DNA from: Gloeobacterales cyanobacterium
GTDB lineage: Bacteria > Cyanobacteriota > Cyanobacteriia > Gloeobacterales > PMM-0068
NCBI GenBank assembly: GCA_038245785.1
Contig: JBBRSB010000001.1
Location: 320,001 to 384,000 of the forward strand
Direction of reading: 5' to 3'
DNA length: 64,000 nt
The notes beneath the pieces are model-generated. The model searched no databases, was not told where the DNA came from, and saw only the letters and a list, made by a program, of their open reading frames with translations. Shown piece by piece: positions 1 through 9,107 of the stretch. The stretch's first letter is position 1, and each line of letters begins with the position of its first letter. A program made the translations under genes and the position numbers.

Positions 1-75
1 ACTGGAGATAGGAAGGAGAGGCTAGAGGACGCATAGGACACCCCACATGCTCGTTACCTTCATTCTAGAAAGCAC

Positions 76-133
76 AAAAAAACCCTGAGCCCTTTGCCAC
101 AAAAGTTTATAGGCGAAAGAACTTGGGTTTTTA
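76..133 (-). terminator. Long imperfect hairpin ending in a U-run, probable intrinsic terminator of the 144..410 gene
   Basis: Minus strand AAAAACCCAAGTTCTTT...AAAGGGCTCAGGGTTTTTTT directly after the stop codon. Confidence 0.5.
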
Positions 134-143
134 GGCGGAAAGC

Positions 144-410
144 TTAGTTATTTTCCGTACGAATAATACGGCGTGGCGGCTTGGTCGCTGCGACTGCCGT
201 GGCGGTCGTTTTGGCCGTGACCGTCTGCTTAGGCTGGGCAGCAACGGTAGCCGTCTTGTCCATAGATGCGTAGAAAGAGACCCGCTGCAGCTTTTCTACA
301 AGGTTTTGCTTCTCAGCTTGGGTGGTGGCCACTTCGTACTTAGCGCGGATCTTGGCAATTTTTTGCTTGCGTTGGCGACGCTGGTTGAGTTCTTTCTGGC
401 GAATACGCAT
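144..410 (-). CDS. Small basic protein, DUF6800-like, with Thr/Ala/Lys low-complexity tail
   Basis: RQKELNQRRQRKQKIAKIRAKY...EKLQRVS resembles the DUF6800 pattern as I recall it. Confidence 0.55.
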   Translation of the reverse strand: MRIRQKELNQRRQRKQKIAKIRAKYEVATTQAEKQNLVEKLQRVSFYASMDKTATVAAQPKQTVTAKTTATAVAATKPPRRIIRTENN

Positions 411-552
411 AGGAAGTTTGCTTATATCGAAACTTAACTAGATTAGCAAAAAATTGGTTCTGTGCATACTGCAATCCTTTTGAGCTTCGGAAGCGAAAAT
501 CTTAGCGCTAAAATATAGAGGCAAGCACAAACGAACCGTACGGAAGAAGATC

Positions 553-888
553 ATGACCCCTGCACTTCAGCAAAAAATTCAATCTATGGTGGATGACAAC
601 AAGATTTTGATTTTCATGAAAGGGACCCCGAGCATGCCCCAGTGCGGATTCTCCGCAGCCACCATCCAAGCTTTTGCGTCCTTGGGCTATCCGTTTGAAA
701 CAGTGAATATCCTGGAAGAGCCAGAGATCCGTCAGGGCATCAAAGAATTCTCTAATTGGCCCACCATTCCTCAAGTCTATGTGGGAGGAGAGTTCATTGG
801 TGGATGTGACATTGTCCTTGAAATGCACTCCCGTGGGGAGTTAAAGCCTCTGGTTCAGGAAGCTGTAGAAGGCGTTACTCAATCCTAA
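553..888 (+). CDS. grxD: Monothiol glutaredoxin Grx4
   Basis: FMKGTPSMPQCGFS, WPTIPQVYVGGEFIGGCD motifs. Confidence 0.97.
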   Translation: MTPALQQKIQSMVDDNKILIFMKGTPSMPQCGFSAATIQAFASLGYPFETVNILEEPEIRQGIKEFSNWPTIPQVYVGGEFIGGCDIVLEMHSRGELKPLVQEAVEGVTQS

Positions 889-911
889 GTTTGTAGGTAA
901 ATTGGGATATG

Positions 912-950
912 GCAGCCTGGAATGCTCTGTACTTAGCTGTTCCGGGCTGC
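912..950 (+). terminator. Inverted repeat between grxD and bamA
   Basis: GCAGCCTGGAA...TTCCGGGCTGC stem. Confidence 0.4.
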
Positions 951-1005
951 TTTAGCTGATCAGCTGAATGGTATAATTCCCAAAAAGTAACGTGGCTCCG
1001 TTCTG

Positions 1006-3006
1006 ATGAAATTCCGCTGGTCAGCTCTTTATCTCGCAGGAAGTATTACTTTGGCCCTCACAGGGCAGTCTGTTTGGGCTCAGGATGCTCCCTTGCCACC
1101 AGCGCCTCCAGCTCCTGCTCAGCCCGCTCCTACGGCTCCTCCCGCGCCCCAAGATAAACCTGCGTCACCTGGAGCTCTACCCACTGCACCCGTGGCTCCC
1201 CCTGCTGCTCCACAAGAGAAGCCCCCTGCCCTTGAGCCCGATGCGGCCAAGCCTGCCGAGCCTCAAGTCTTGGTGGCAGAGGTGAAGGTCGTAAACAATG
1301 CGGCTGGAGGCAAAGAGTTGCCCGAGCTAGAGAAGGAAGTCTACAGAGTTATCAAAACCAGGGCAGGGGAAACAACGACCCGGACCCAGCTCCAGGAAGA
1401 TATCAATGCGGTTTTCTCGACGGGTTTTTTCTCGACGGTAAAAGCGACGCCAGAGGACACGCCGCTGGGCGTACGGGTAACATTTGATGTCGCTCCTAAC
1501 CCTGCCTTGACGGATGTAGTGGCCGAGGGCCGTACCGTATTGCCGGAAGCGGAACTCAATCAATTTTTTGCAGAACAAAAAGGCAAGACCATCAACTACG
1601 GACAACTCCAGAAGTCTATTAAGGATGTGGAAGAATGGTATGCAACGAGAGGCTATGTGCTGGCTAAGGTCACGGATGTCCAATCCAGCCCAGACGGCAA
1701 GGTTACGCTGACTCTGACCGAGGGGCAGGTCGAAGATATCGTAGTCAAGAACAATACGCGCACCCGAGATTTTATTGTCACGCGGGAGATGGACCTCAAG
1801 CCTGGTCAAGTATTCAACAAAGAAAAAGTCCAGAAGGATCTCCAGAAGCTTTTTGCCCTGAATCTATTCGAAGATGTCAGCCTGGAACTGAATCCGGGTA
1901 AGGACCCCAAAAAAGTGGTGGTCGGGGTCAAGGTCAAGGAAAAAAATACAGGTTCCCTGGCAGCAGGGGCCGGGGTTGACTCTGCAAGAGGGGTGTTTGG
2001 AACTATCAGTCTCCAAGAGCAGAATCTTGGTGGAAATAACCAGAAAGCCGGATTAGATCTGCAGCTTGGGACCCAACAGCTTCAGGCCAACGTTAACTAT
2101 ACGGACCCTTGGCTTAACAGTGACCCTAGTCGAACAGCCCTGAATGTCAACCTCTTTAAAAGAAATACCTTCAGCTACATATTTGATGAAGGGGTTCGTT
2201 TAGCCAGTGGCAATAGCCCTAGTGAAGACCGTTTGGGTGCCAGAGCCGCTTTGGCGCGCCCCTTGACGGAGTTCGGAAGTTCTTGGCGAGGTTCTGCTGG
2301 GCTCAGTTTTGAGCAGGTCCAGATCCGCGATGGTTTCGGAGTTGGGGGTACGCCTCAGACAGTAGACCAGCTGGGAAATCCGCTTACCCTAAGCGGAACT
2401 TCTATTGATAATCTCTTTACCCTAGAGACCTCTATTGCCAATGACTTGCGCGATAACCCGAACAATCCTAAGTCAGGCTCGTTCTTCAGTCTGGGAGCCG
2501 ATCAAGCACTTCCCGTCTTCGGCACTGGAGGAGTATCCCCTTCATTCACGCGTCTGGCTACCACCTACAGCCAGTTTATGCCCGTCAACTTTTTTAACTT
2601 CGGCTCAGGGAAACAAGTTCTGGCCTTTAACGGTCGCCTTGGAACCCTCTTGGGTGATTTCCCTCCCTATGAAGCGTTTACCCTGGGCGGCAGTAACTCG
2701 GTGCGGGGCTTTTCCGAGGGCAACTTAGGCACAGGGCGTTCCTTCTTTATCGGGACGACAGAGCTACGTTTTCCTGTATTTGACCCTGTGGGAGGTGTAG
2801 CTTTCGTGGACTATGGCACTGATTTAGGCAGTGCTGCTGCAGTGCTAGGAGCTCCTGCAATTGTGCGGGGGAAACCGGGTAATGCCTTGGGCTACGGCTT
2901 AGGTCTGCGCATCCAGTCCCCGCTCGGTCCTCTACGGATTGACTTCGGTTTTAACAGCGTCAATAAGCCTAGCCAGGTCCACTTTGGTTTGGGTGAGAAG
3001 TTCTAA
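1006..3006 (+). CDS. bamA: Omp85/BamA outer membrane assembly protein (Toc75-like, Pro-rich N-terminus, POTRA domains)
   Basis: Signal peptide, POTRA-like region, GGSNSVRGF motif, SPLGPLRIDF and C-terminal GEKF; heads the lpx cluster. Confidence 0.95.
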   Translation: MKFRWSALYLAGSITLALTGQSVWAQDAPLPPAPPAPAQPAPTAPPAPQDKPASPGALPTAPVAPPAAPQEKPPALEPDAAKPAEPQVLVAEVKVVNNAAGGKELPELEKEVYRVIKTRAGETTTRTQLQEDINAVFSTGFFSTVKATPEDTPLGVRVTFDVAPNPALTDVVAEGRTVLPEAELNQFFAEQKGKTINYGQLQKSIKDVEEWYATRGYVLAKVTDVQSSPDGKVTLTLTEGQVEDIVVKNNTRTRDFIVTREMDLKPGQVFNKEKVQKDLQKLFALNLFEDVSLELNPGKDPKKVVVGVKVKEKNTGSLAAGAGVDSARGVFGTISLQEQNLGGNNQKAGLDLQLGTQQLQANVNYTDPWLNSDPSRTALNVNLFKRNTFSYIFDEGVRLASGNSPSEDRLGARAALARPLTEFGSSWRGSAGLSFEQVQIRDGFGVGGTPQTVDQLGNPLTLSGTSIDNLFTLETSIANDLRDNPNNPKSGSFFSLGADQALPVFGTGGVSPSFTRLATTYSQFMPVNFFNFGSGKQVLAFNGRLGTLLGDFPPYEAFTLGGSNSVRGFSEGNLGTGRSFFIGTTELRFPVFDPVGGVAFVDYGTDLGSAAAVLGAPAIVRGKPGNALGYGLGLRIQSPLGPLRIDFGFNSVNKPSQVHFGLGEKF

Positions 3007-3024
3007 ACATACGCAATCCTCTCT

Positions 3025-3843
3025 ATGTCTCAACAACAAACACTGGCTCATACGGCGACTTTTGAAGGTCCGGGATTGCACTATGGAAAGTCTTGCCACC
3101 TTACTATGGTCCCGGCTCCTCCAGGTTATGGTCGGCAGTTTCACCGTCTGGACCAGCCCAATCAGGGTGACCTTCCCGCTTTGGCGGAATATGGTCATCA
3201 GACGCTGCTCTCCACAGAACTACGCTTGGGTTCGCAGAATGTCCGTACCGTTGAGCATCTCCTGGCGGCCCTCTACGCTTTTGGGGTAGATAATTGCCGG
3301 ATTGAACTGGATGGCCCAGAAGTCCCGATTTTGGATGGCTCTTCCAAACCCTATGCCGAAGCGCTGATGAAAATGGGCCTGGTCACCCAAGAGCAACCCC
3401 GAAAAGAGATCAAGATTGAAACTCCGCTGATGATTTCAGAAGAAGACCGATTTGTAGCGGCGTTTCCCGACCAAGTTTTTCGCATCACCTATGGCATTGA
3501 CTTTCCGGTCCCGGAGATCGGGGTGCAATGGTTTAGCTTAGTCGTTACAGCAGAAATGTTTACCCAAGAAATTGCTCCAGCCCGGACCTTTACGCTTCTA
3601 GAGCAAATTGAAGCCCTGAGAGCGCAAGGTTTGATTCAAGGAGGAAGCTTGGATTGCGCCCTGGTATGCAGCAAAACAGGCTGGGTCAATACTCCTCAAT
3701 GGCCGGATGAGCCTGTACGCCATAAGATATTGGATCTATTGGGAGACCTTGCGCTTGTAGGAGCTCCTGTCGTCGGTCACTTTGTGGCCTACAAAGCGGG
3801 TCACGACCTCCATAGAAGAATGGCCCAAAAGCTGAGAGAATGA
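3025..3843 (+). CDS. lpxC: UDP-3-O-acyl-N-acetylglucosamine deacetylase
   Basis: QQTL..GPGLHYG, TVEHLLAAL, EVPILDGSS, HKILDLLGDL, KAGH. Confidence 0.97.
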   Translation: MSQQQTLAHTATFEGPGLHYGKSCHLTMVPAPPGYGRQFHRLDQPNQGDLPALAEYGHQTLLSTELRLGSQNVRTVEHLLAALYAFGVDNCRIELDGPEVPILDGSSKPYAEALMKMGLVTQEQPRKEIKIETPLMISEEDRFVAAFPDQVFRITYGIDFPVPEIGVQWFSLVVTAEMFTQEIAPARTFTLLEQIEALRAQGLIQGGSLDCALVCSKTGWVNTPQWPDEPVRHKILDLLGDLALVGAPVVGHFVAYKAGHDLHRRMAQKLRE

Positions 3844-3897
3844 GGAGACTCTACGCTGGCACCTGTGTGCACGCCCCCACGTCATAAGGAATCTATT

Positions 3898-4347
3898 GTG
3901 GCCCAAGTAAATTACTCTGTTCTTGATATCCAGGAAGTCCTGCCTCACCGCTTCCCCTTCCTCTTTGTAGACCGAGTAATTGAATATGTGCCTGGAGAGT
4001 ATGTAGTTGGTATCAAAAATGTCACTATCAATGAAGCTTTTTTTCAAGGGCACTATCCAGGTCATCCTGTATTTCCCGGTGTTTTGATGATTGAAGCCCT
4101 TGGTCAAGTAGGCGCTTTCCTCGTCCTCAAAATCCCTGAGTACGCTCAAAAAATCCCCCTCTTCACGGGCGTAGAACGCTCTAAGATCCGCAAGCAAGTG
4201 GTGCCGGGGGATACGATTGTTCTTCATGCTAAGTTGATTGACATCCGTAAGCAGCGTTTTGGGAGGATGGACGTGTGGGCCACTGTCAATGACCAAAAGG
4301 TGGCAGATGGAGAGCTTCGTTTTGCAATAATAGACCGAGATTCCTGA
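3898..4347 (+). CDS. fabZ: 3-hydroxyacyl-ACP dehydratase
   Basis: LPHRFPFLFVDRV, KNVTINEAFFQGHYP, PGVLMIEAL; GTG start at 3898 preceded by AAGGA. Confidence 0.96.
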   Translation: MAQVNYSVLDIQEVLPHRFPFLFVDRVIEYVPGEYVVGIKNVTINEAFFQGHYPGHPVFPGVLMIEALGQVGAFLVLKIPEYAQKIPLFTGVERSKIRKQVVPGDTIVLHAKLIDIRKQRFGRMDVWATVNDQKVADGELRFAIIDRDS

Positions 4348-4354
4348 GACTGAC

Positions 4355-5281
4355 ATGGGCTCACACACTTACACCCCGGCTGCTCCCAGAATCCACCCAA
4401 CCGCAGTGGTTCACCCCAAAGCTGATATCCATGAATCGGTGGTAATAGGTCCCTATGCTGTGATTGGGGAACACTCCATCCTGAATGCAGGGGTAGAGGT
4501 AGGTCCCCATGCGGTGATCGATGGGGCGGACGTCCAGATTGGGGAAGGTACCCGTCTCGGTCCCCACGTAGTGATCCAGGGCCATACCCGCATTGGCCGC
4601 CACAACGAATTTTTTGCCCATGCTTCGGTGGGGCAGGAACCTCAAGACTTGAAATACCAGGGCGATCCCTCCGAAGTACTCATTGGCGACGGAAACCGTA
4701 TTCGCGAAAGTGTGACGATTAACCGGGCCACCAAAGCGGGAGAAAAAACAATCCTCGGCAATAACAATTTGCTGATGGCCTATGTCCATGTGGCTCATAA
4801 CTGCGTGATTGAAGACCATGTGGTGATAGCCAATGCAGTGTCTTTGGCGGGTCATATTGTAGTGGAATCGAAAGCGACCATCGGGGGCATGACCGGGATC
4901 CACCAATTTGTGCACATTGGTCGACTGTGTATGATTGGCGGCTGTTCTCGGGTAGAACGGGATGTGCCGCCCTTCATCATGGCGGAAGGCAACCCTGTGC
5001 AGGTACGGGGCTTGAATATATTAGGACTTAAGCGGGCGCAGGTCGGTTCTGAAAGTTTGAGCTTACTCAAGAAAGCCTATCGCCTGATTTATCGCTCTGG
5101 TATGCCTTTGGCTCATGTCCTCCAGGAACTAGAGCTTTTCACCAGCAATCCTCTAGCAGACCACCTCTATGAGTTTCTGAAAACCTCTACGACCGATCCC
5201 ACCCGTAGAGGCCCAATTCGTCCTGAGAAATGGCGTTTGGGAAAGACAGAGGAACCAACGGATAAATCCGACCCTGAGTAA
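4355..5281 (+). CDS. lpxA: UDP-N-acetylglucosamine O-acyltransferase
   Basis: Hexapeptide repeats, EPQDLKY, MAYVHVAHNC, IHQFVHIG; operon position. Confidence 0.96.
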   Translation: MGSHTYTPAAPRIHPTAVVHPKADIHESVVIGPYAVIGEHSILNAGVEVGPHAVIDGADVQIGEGTRLGPHVVIQGHTRIGRHNEFFAHASVGQEPQDLKYQGDPSEVLIGDGNRIRESVTINRATKAGEKTILGNNNLLMAYVHVAHNCVIEDHVVIANAVSLAGHIVVESKATIGGMTGIHQFVHIGRLCMIGGCSRVERDVPPFIMAEGNPVQVRGLNILGLKRAQVGSESLSLLKKAYRLIYRSGMPLAHVLQELELFTSNPLADHLYEFLKTSTTDPTRRGPIRPEKWRLGKTEEPTDKSDPE

Positions 5282-5295
5282 CTCCATGAGTAAAT

Positions 5296-6447
5296 ATGGG
5301 TAAAAAGATATTCATCAGTACGGGAGAGGTCTCAGGCGATTTGCATGGGAGCTATCTCATTAAAGCGCTGCTGGCCTTAGACCCAACTCTGGAAATTACG
5401 GCCTTGGGTGGTCAGCGGATGGCCCAAACCGGAATTAGACTGATTGCTGATACAGGAGCGATTAGTTCTATTGGTTATGCAGAAGCAGTTCCCTATATTT
5501 TGCCCACTCTCAAAGTGCAGCGTGAAGCCAAAAAATTCTTGAAACAAAATCCTCCAGACCTCGTAGTCTATATCGATTACATAGGGCCTAATGTTGCCCT
5601 GGGAAAATTTATACGCAAACTTGATGCCTCTATCCCTGGCGTCTATTACATCGGTCCTCAAGAATGGGTCTGGAACGCAGGTTCGACCAAAACCTCTGAG
5701 ATTGTTGGATTTACCGATCTAATCCTGGCTATTTTCCCAGAAGAAGAGAATTACTATACCCATAGTGGGGCTAACGTCACCCTCATTGGCAATCCTCTGA
5801 TCGATATTGTTCAAACCACCAAGTCGAGAGAAGCTATCCGTCAGGAGATGGAAGTCTCTGCTACGGACCCCATAGTAGTCCTGATGCCTGGTTCGCGTAC
5901 CCAGGAAATCAAGCAACTGATGCCTGCCATTTTTGAAGGAGCACGCTTGATGCAGGAGGCTATGCCTGCTCTTCATTTTTGGGTGCCCTTATCTTCAGAC
6001 CGATTCCGAGAAGCGGTTCAGCAAGAAGCAGAGGCCAAAGGCCTAAGGCTCAAAATCACCAAAGGCAATACCTACGATTTCTTAGCGGCCTCAGACCTGG
6101 TGATTTCTAAATCGGGGACCGTAAATCTAGAAACCGCTATCCTTGGTATTCCCCAGCTAGTGCTCTATCGACTCGGCGAAGTCACCGCTTTTATTGCCCG
6201 GAAAATTCTCAACGTCAACATCCCCTTTATTTCCCCGGTCAATCTTCTGGAAATGCGGACCATTGTGCCTGAATACGTACAAGAAGACAGTAATCCTCAG
6301 AACATTGCTCGTGAAGGGCTTGATTTGCTTACCAACCAGCCTCGCAGACAGCAGATGCACATAGACTATGCCCAGATGAGAGAAAAGCTCGGCACTCCTG
6401 GGGTTATACAGCGAGGCGCTCAGGCAATTTTAAGTTTAATAAAGTGA
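5296..6447 (+). CDS. lpxB: Lipid A disaccharide synthase
   Basis: ISTGEVSGDLHG, PGSRTQEI, KSGTVNLE. Confidence 0.97.
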   Translation: MGKKIFISTGEVSGDLHGSYLIKALLALDPTLEITALGGQRMAQTGIRLIADTGAISSIGYAEAVPYILPTLKVQREAKKFLKQNPPDLVVYIDYIGPNVALGKFIRKLDASIPGVYYIGPQEWVWNAGSTKTSEIVGFTDLILAIFPEEENYYTHSGANVTLIGNPLIDIVQTTKSREAIRQEMEVSATDPIVVLMPGSRTQEIKQLMPAIFEGARLMQEAMPALHFWVPLSSDRFREAVQQEAEAKGLRLKITKGNTYDFLAASDLVISKSGTVNLETAILGIPQLVLYRLGEVTAFIARKILNVNIPFISPVNLLEMRTIVPEYVQEDSNPQNIAREGLDLLTNQPRRQQMHIDYAQMREKLGTPGVIQRGAQAILSLIK

Positions 6448-6562
6448 TGAAGATTGAGATGAACAGTGAGCTATGCCCTATATTCAGGGCAATCTAAACT
6501 TAAGGACTATAGTTTCTTACTATTTTCGTTAACGTATAGCGCTAACTTGCTCGGTCAATTTC

Positions 6563-7639
6563 ATGGTTTTTCTAGAGTTTTCAGCTCTGTTGGCTCAAGC
6601 TCCGGCTAAAGGGACTCCTCCTCCTGCCGGGTTCAATGATCTGTTCAAGGCTTTGGGGTTTACACCTCTTGGGCTTCTCGTGATCGGGCTCGTGGCTTTA
6701 GGATGTGGTTTTCTCTTTAGTCTTTTGGGTAAGCGCTCCAAGGGTGCCACGCTCGCTGATGTCCGCAAAGAGATTAGTAAAGAACTAGCTGGAGTAGCGC
6801 GCCAGCAAAGTTCAGGGCGTCTTGAAGTCCAATCGCTGGTGGAGGATGCGCTGAATCGAATGGGCAATGTCGATGAAAGTAGGCTCATCCGCCAGGAGCT
6901 TAAAGAACTGGGGGAACGCCAGTCTGGGATCGAGGCTTTCTTACAAAAGGAACTCAGCCGGATTCAGAATCTCCAAAAGACTTCTGCCCAAGATCTACAA
7001 CGCACACTGGCTCAGTGGGAAGAGCAGCTAAACCGCACCCTGAGCCAATGGCAAACCTATGTGGAAAAGACTTTGGGGCAGTCACCTTCTGCGGCGGCTA
7101 ATCCAAAAATGATGGAAGACCTACGGGTCAAGATGCTCCAAATGGAGTCTGTCTTGTCTCAGATGGAAGCGCTACAGAATCGATTGGCTGAGCTAGAACG
7201 CAAAAGTGGTCCTGCTCCCGCCCAGAACAAGGCTGTCCAGCGTAGTGTTACTTCTTCCCCCTCCGGGGAGATCCAGGGTATTCAAACCTACTTAGCGAAT
7301 GCAAAGCAGTTGTTGAACCGGAAGCAGTATGCAGAGGCCATTCAAAACCTGGATATCGTCCTCGATACGGACCAAACCAATAGTGAAGCATGGTATTACC
7401 GAGCTTCGGCCCTCGCCTTGACAGGCAATATTGAGGATGCGATTACCTATCTTCACTACGCTATCCAATTAGATGCCCATTGGGCTTATCAGGCTTCTTC
7501 CTCGGCTCATGAATTTGGGGCGTTAGCTAGTGATTTCCGCTTTGCTGAATTGGTCAATGATGCTCCTGATTCTCTCCCGCAATCAGCCAATGTGCCTGAT
7601 GCGTTAAACAAATTTTTTGGTTCCGGGGCTCACGAATAG
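6563..7639 (+). CDS. Membrane-anchored coiled-coil protein with C-terminal TPR repeats
   Basis: TM segment near aa 35-55, long heptad-rich region, TPR pattern YAEAIQNLD...AWYYRASALALTGNIEDAITYL. Confidence 0.75.
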   Translation: MVFLEFSALLAQAPAKGTPPPAGFNDLFKALGFTPLGLLVIGLVALGCGFLFSLLGKRSKGATLADVRKEISKELAGVARQQSSGRLEVQSLVEDALNRMGNVDESRLIRQELKELGERQSGIEAFLQKELSRIQNLQKTSAQDLQRTLAQWEEQLNRTLSQWQTYVEKTLGQSPSAAANPKMMEDLRVKMLQMESVLSQMEALQNRLAELERKSGPAPAQNKAVQRSVTSSPSGEIQGIQTYLANAKQLLNRKQYAEAIQNLDIVLDTDQTNSEAWYYRASALALTGNIEDAITYLHYAIQLDAHWAYQASSSAHEFGALASDFRFAELVNDAPDSLPQSANVPDALNKFFGSGAHE

Positions 7640-7692
7640 ACTTCTAGGTTCGTATAACGATGATAGGCACACTCAAAAACGAAGGAAAGGCT

Positions 7693-8508
7693 ATGACACA
7701 GGATGTTCTCCGCAACCTCCTGGAAATACCGGGTGTGACAGGCGCTGTTTTGCTCTCCAAGGGAAGGGAACCCCATCTCTACCGGATGACGTTCACGCCT
7801 CCGCCCGAGGTGGCTGGCTGGGCGAGTCTCATGCATGAATTCGATCCCTTGGTGGAGGAGCTCCCCAAGGAGACGGAAACCATGGAGTTTTCCTTTAGTG
7901 AAGGCCATGTGCTCTGGTTTCGCCTGGTCCAAAAGCTGGCTTTCTTGATTTTTGTAGATGCCACTGCAAATCTTGAACGGGTCTATGGATCTGCAGAAAT
8001 CTGTCGTAAAGTTTTCAGAGCAGAGCCTGTAGATACGATTTTGGCCTGGGTTCCTTTGCGGATCGATGCGGCTACCCTCCCAACTGCTGAAACTTCTGCA
8101 CCCTCTGTACCCGATAAGCCTCCTGCTCCTGAGCAGTCTCCTATACCTACCGCTCCTGCAGCCAATAAACGACTGCAAGAAGCGCCTGTAAAAGATTGGA
8201 TATCCGCTGCCAACAGCTTAGTTCAGTACTCTGCTAGCTTTTTGGGCAAGGTGGTAGTGGCAAACTATCTAAAAACAAGCCGGGATGAACTGGTCGATAA
8301 TATGCCGCTGTTGACTAAGTTTGAGGTGAGTTTTGCGGCTCAAATTTCCTTTAAAGGAAGCCAAAGCCAATTTGATAGAGAGGCCCTAGATGAATTGCGC
8401 CAGTGGATGTTAGCTTTTGTACTCCGCTGTGAGAAAGTGATCAAAGACCATCGTCATGGATTGGAAAGTCAGCTCACGACTGAGCAATTACAGCTGCTTT
8501 TTAAGTGA
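7693..8508 (+). CDS. Hypothetical protein with Roadblock/LC7-like N-terminal domain, Pro-rich linker and helical C-domain
   Basis: LRNLLEIPGVTGAVLLS start typical of Roadblock-like folds; purine-rich RBS before ATG 7693. Confidence 0.6.
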   Translation: MTQDVLRNLLEIPGVTGAVLLSKGREPHLYRMTFTPPPEVAGWASLMHEFDPLVEELPKETETMEFSFSEGHVLWFRLVQKLAFLIFVDATANLERVYGSAEICRKVFRAEPVDTILAWVPLRIDAATLPTAETSAPSVPDKPPAPEQSPIPTAPAANKRLQEAPVKDWISAANSLVQYSASFLGKVVVANYLKTSRDELVDNMPLLTKFEVSFAAQISFKGSQSQFDREALDELRQWMLAFVLRCEKVIKDHRHGLESQLTTEQLQLLFK

Positions 8509-8522
8509 GCCCTCTTCCCCGG

Positions 8523-8548
8523 CCCCTCTCCCAAATTTGGGAGAGGGG
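8523..8548. repeat. 26-bp perfect palindrome, cyanobacterial REP-like repeat
   Basis: CCCCTCTCCCAAATTTGGGAGAGGGG between convergent genes; related GGGCTGGGTGAGG at about 8622. Confidence 0.8.
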
Positions 8549-8694
8549 AGTAGGTTAAGCCTATGACGCTGGTTGAAAAGTGTTGTAGAGGTTGAGAAAT
8601 TGTTGAGTAGCGCCCAGCTTTGGGCTGGGTGAGGATTGGAACTATTTTGGTTCAAACAATCTTCCAGTTATGTACTTATGCAAGATGCTTGAGT

Positions 8695-8943
8695 TCACTC
8701 ATGGTCGTTACCTCTCGTTGGCGTAATCGGTTGCTCTCTTCCGCCTTCCATGAAAGGCTCCGAGCCAAAATGATCTAACTGGTTAAACCACTCAACCGGA
8801 TCGTTCGTCATTGGCTCTAAAAGGACTCCCTTCCCCACCCGACGCATTCGTACTTGGTCCCCAGGGAAACGAAAGTCCTGAGGCAACCGCACCGCTTGGC
8901 TATGGCCGCTCTTAAACAACTTGGCAATTTCATTCCGGGGCAT
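8695..8943 (-). CDS. vapB: VapB/VagC-type AbrB-fold antitoxin, no toxin downstream
   Basis: AKLFKSGHSQAVRLPQDFRF, PFMEGGREQP. Confidence 0.85.
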   Translation of the reverse strand: MPRNEIAKLFKSGHSQAVRLPQDFRFPGDQVRMRRVGKGVLLEPMTNDPVEWFNQLDHFGSEPFMEGGREQPITPTRGNDHE

Positions 8944-8958
8944 GAACTAATCCTTGTC

Positions 8959-8966
8959 GTATATAC
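8959..8966. promoter_or_regulatory. GTATATAC palindrome upstream of vapB, candidate autoregulatory operator
   Basis: 8-bp palindrome about 15 nt upstream of the start codon. Confidence 0.4.
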
Positions 8967-9107
8967 CCAAAGTGTATGCCGTTGTGTTCACTAGAAGCTA
9001 CCGAGCTAAATTCTCTCGATGACAGGTGTTTTGCTTGTGTAGTCAAATAATTTGTGGCGCTACACCAAGCTGGGGTAGCCTGGATTCCTCTCTAATTCAC
9101 CCCACCT

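Noticed and set aside
1..34. Possible start of a minus-strand gene (MRPLASPSYLQ)
   Set aside because: Too short to assess at the window edge.
1085..1270. Pro/Ala-rich N-terminus of BamA as a novelty
   Set aside because: Pro-rich N-terminal regions are a known feature of cyanobacterial Omp85 proteins.
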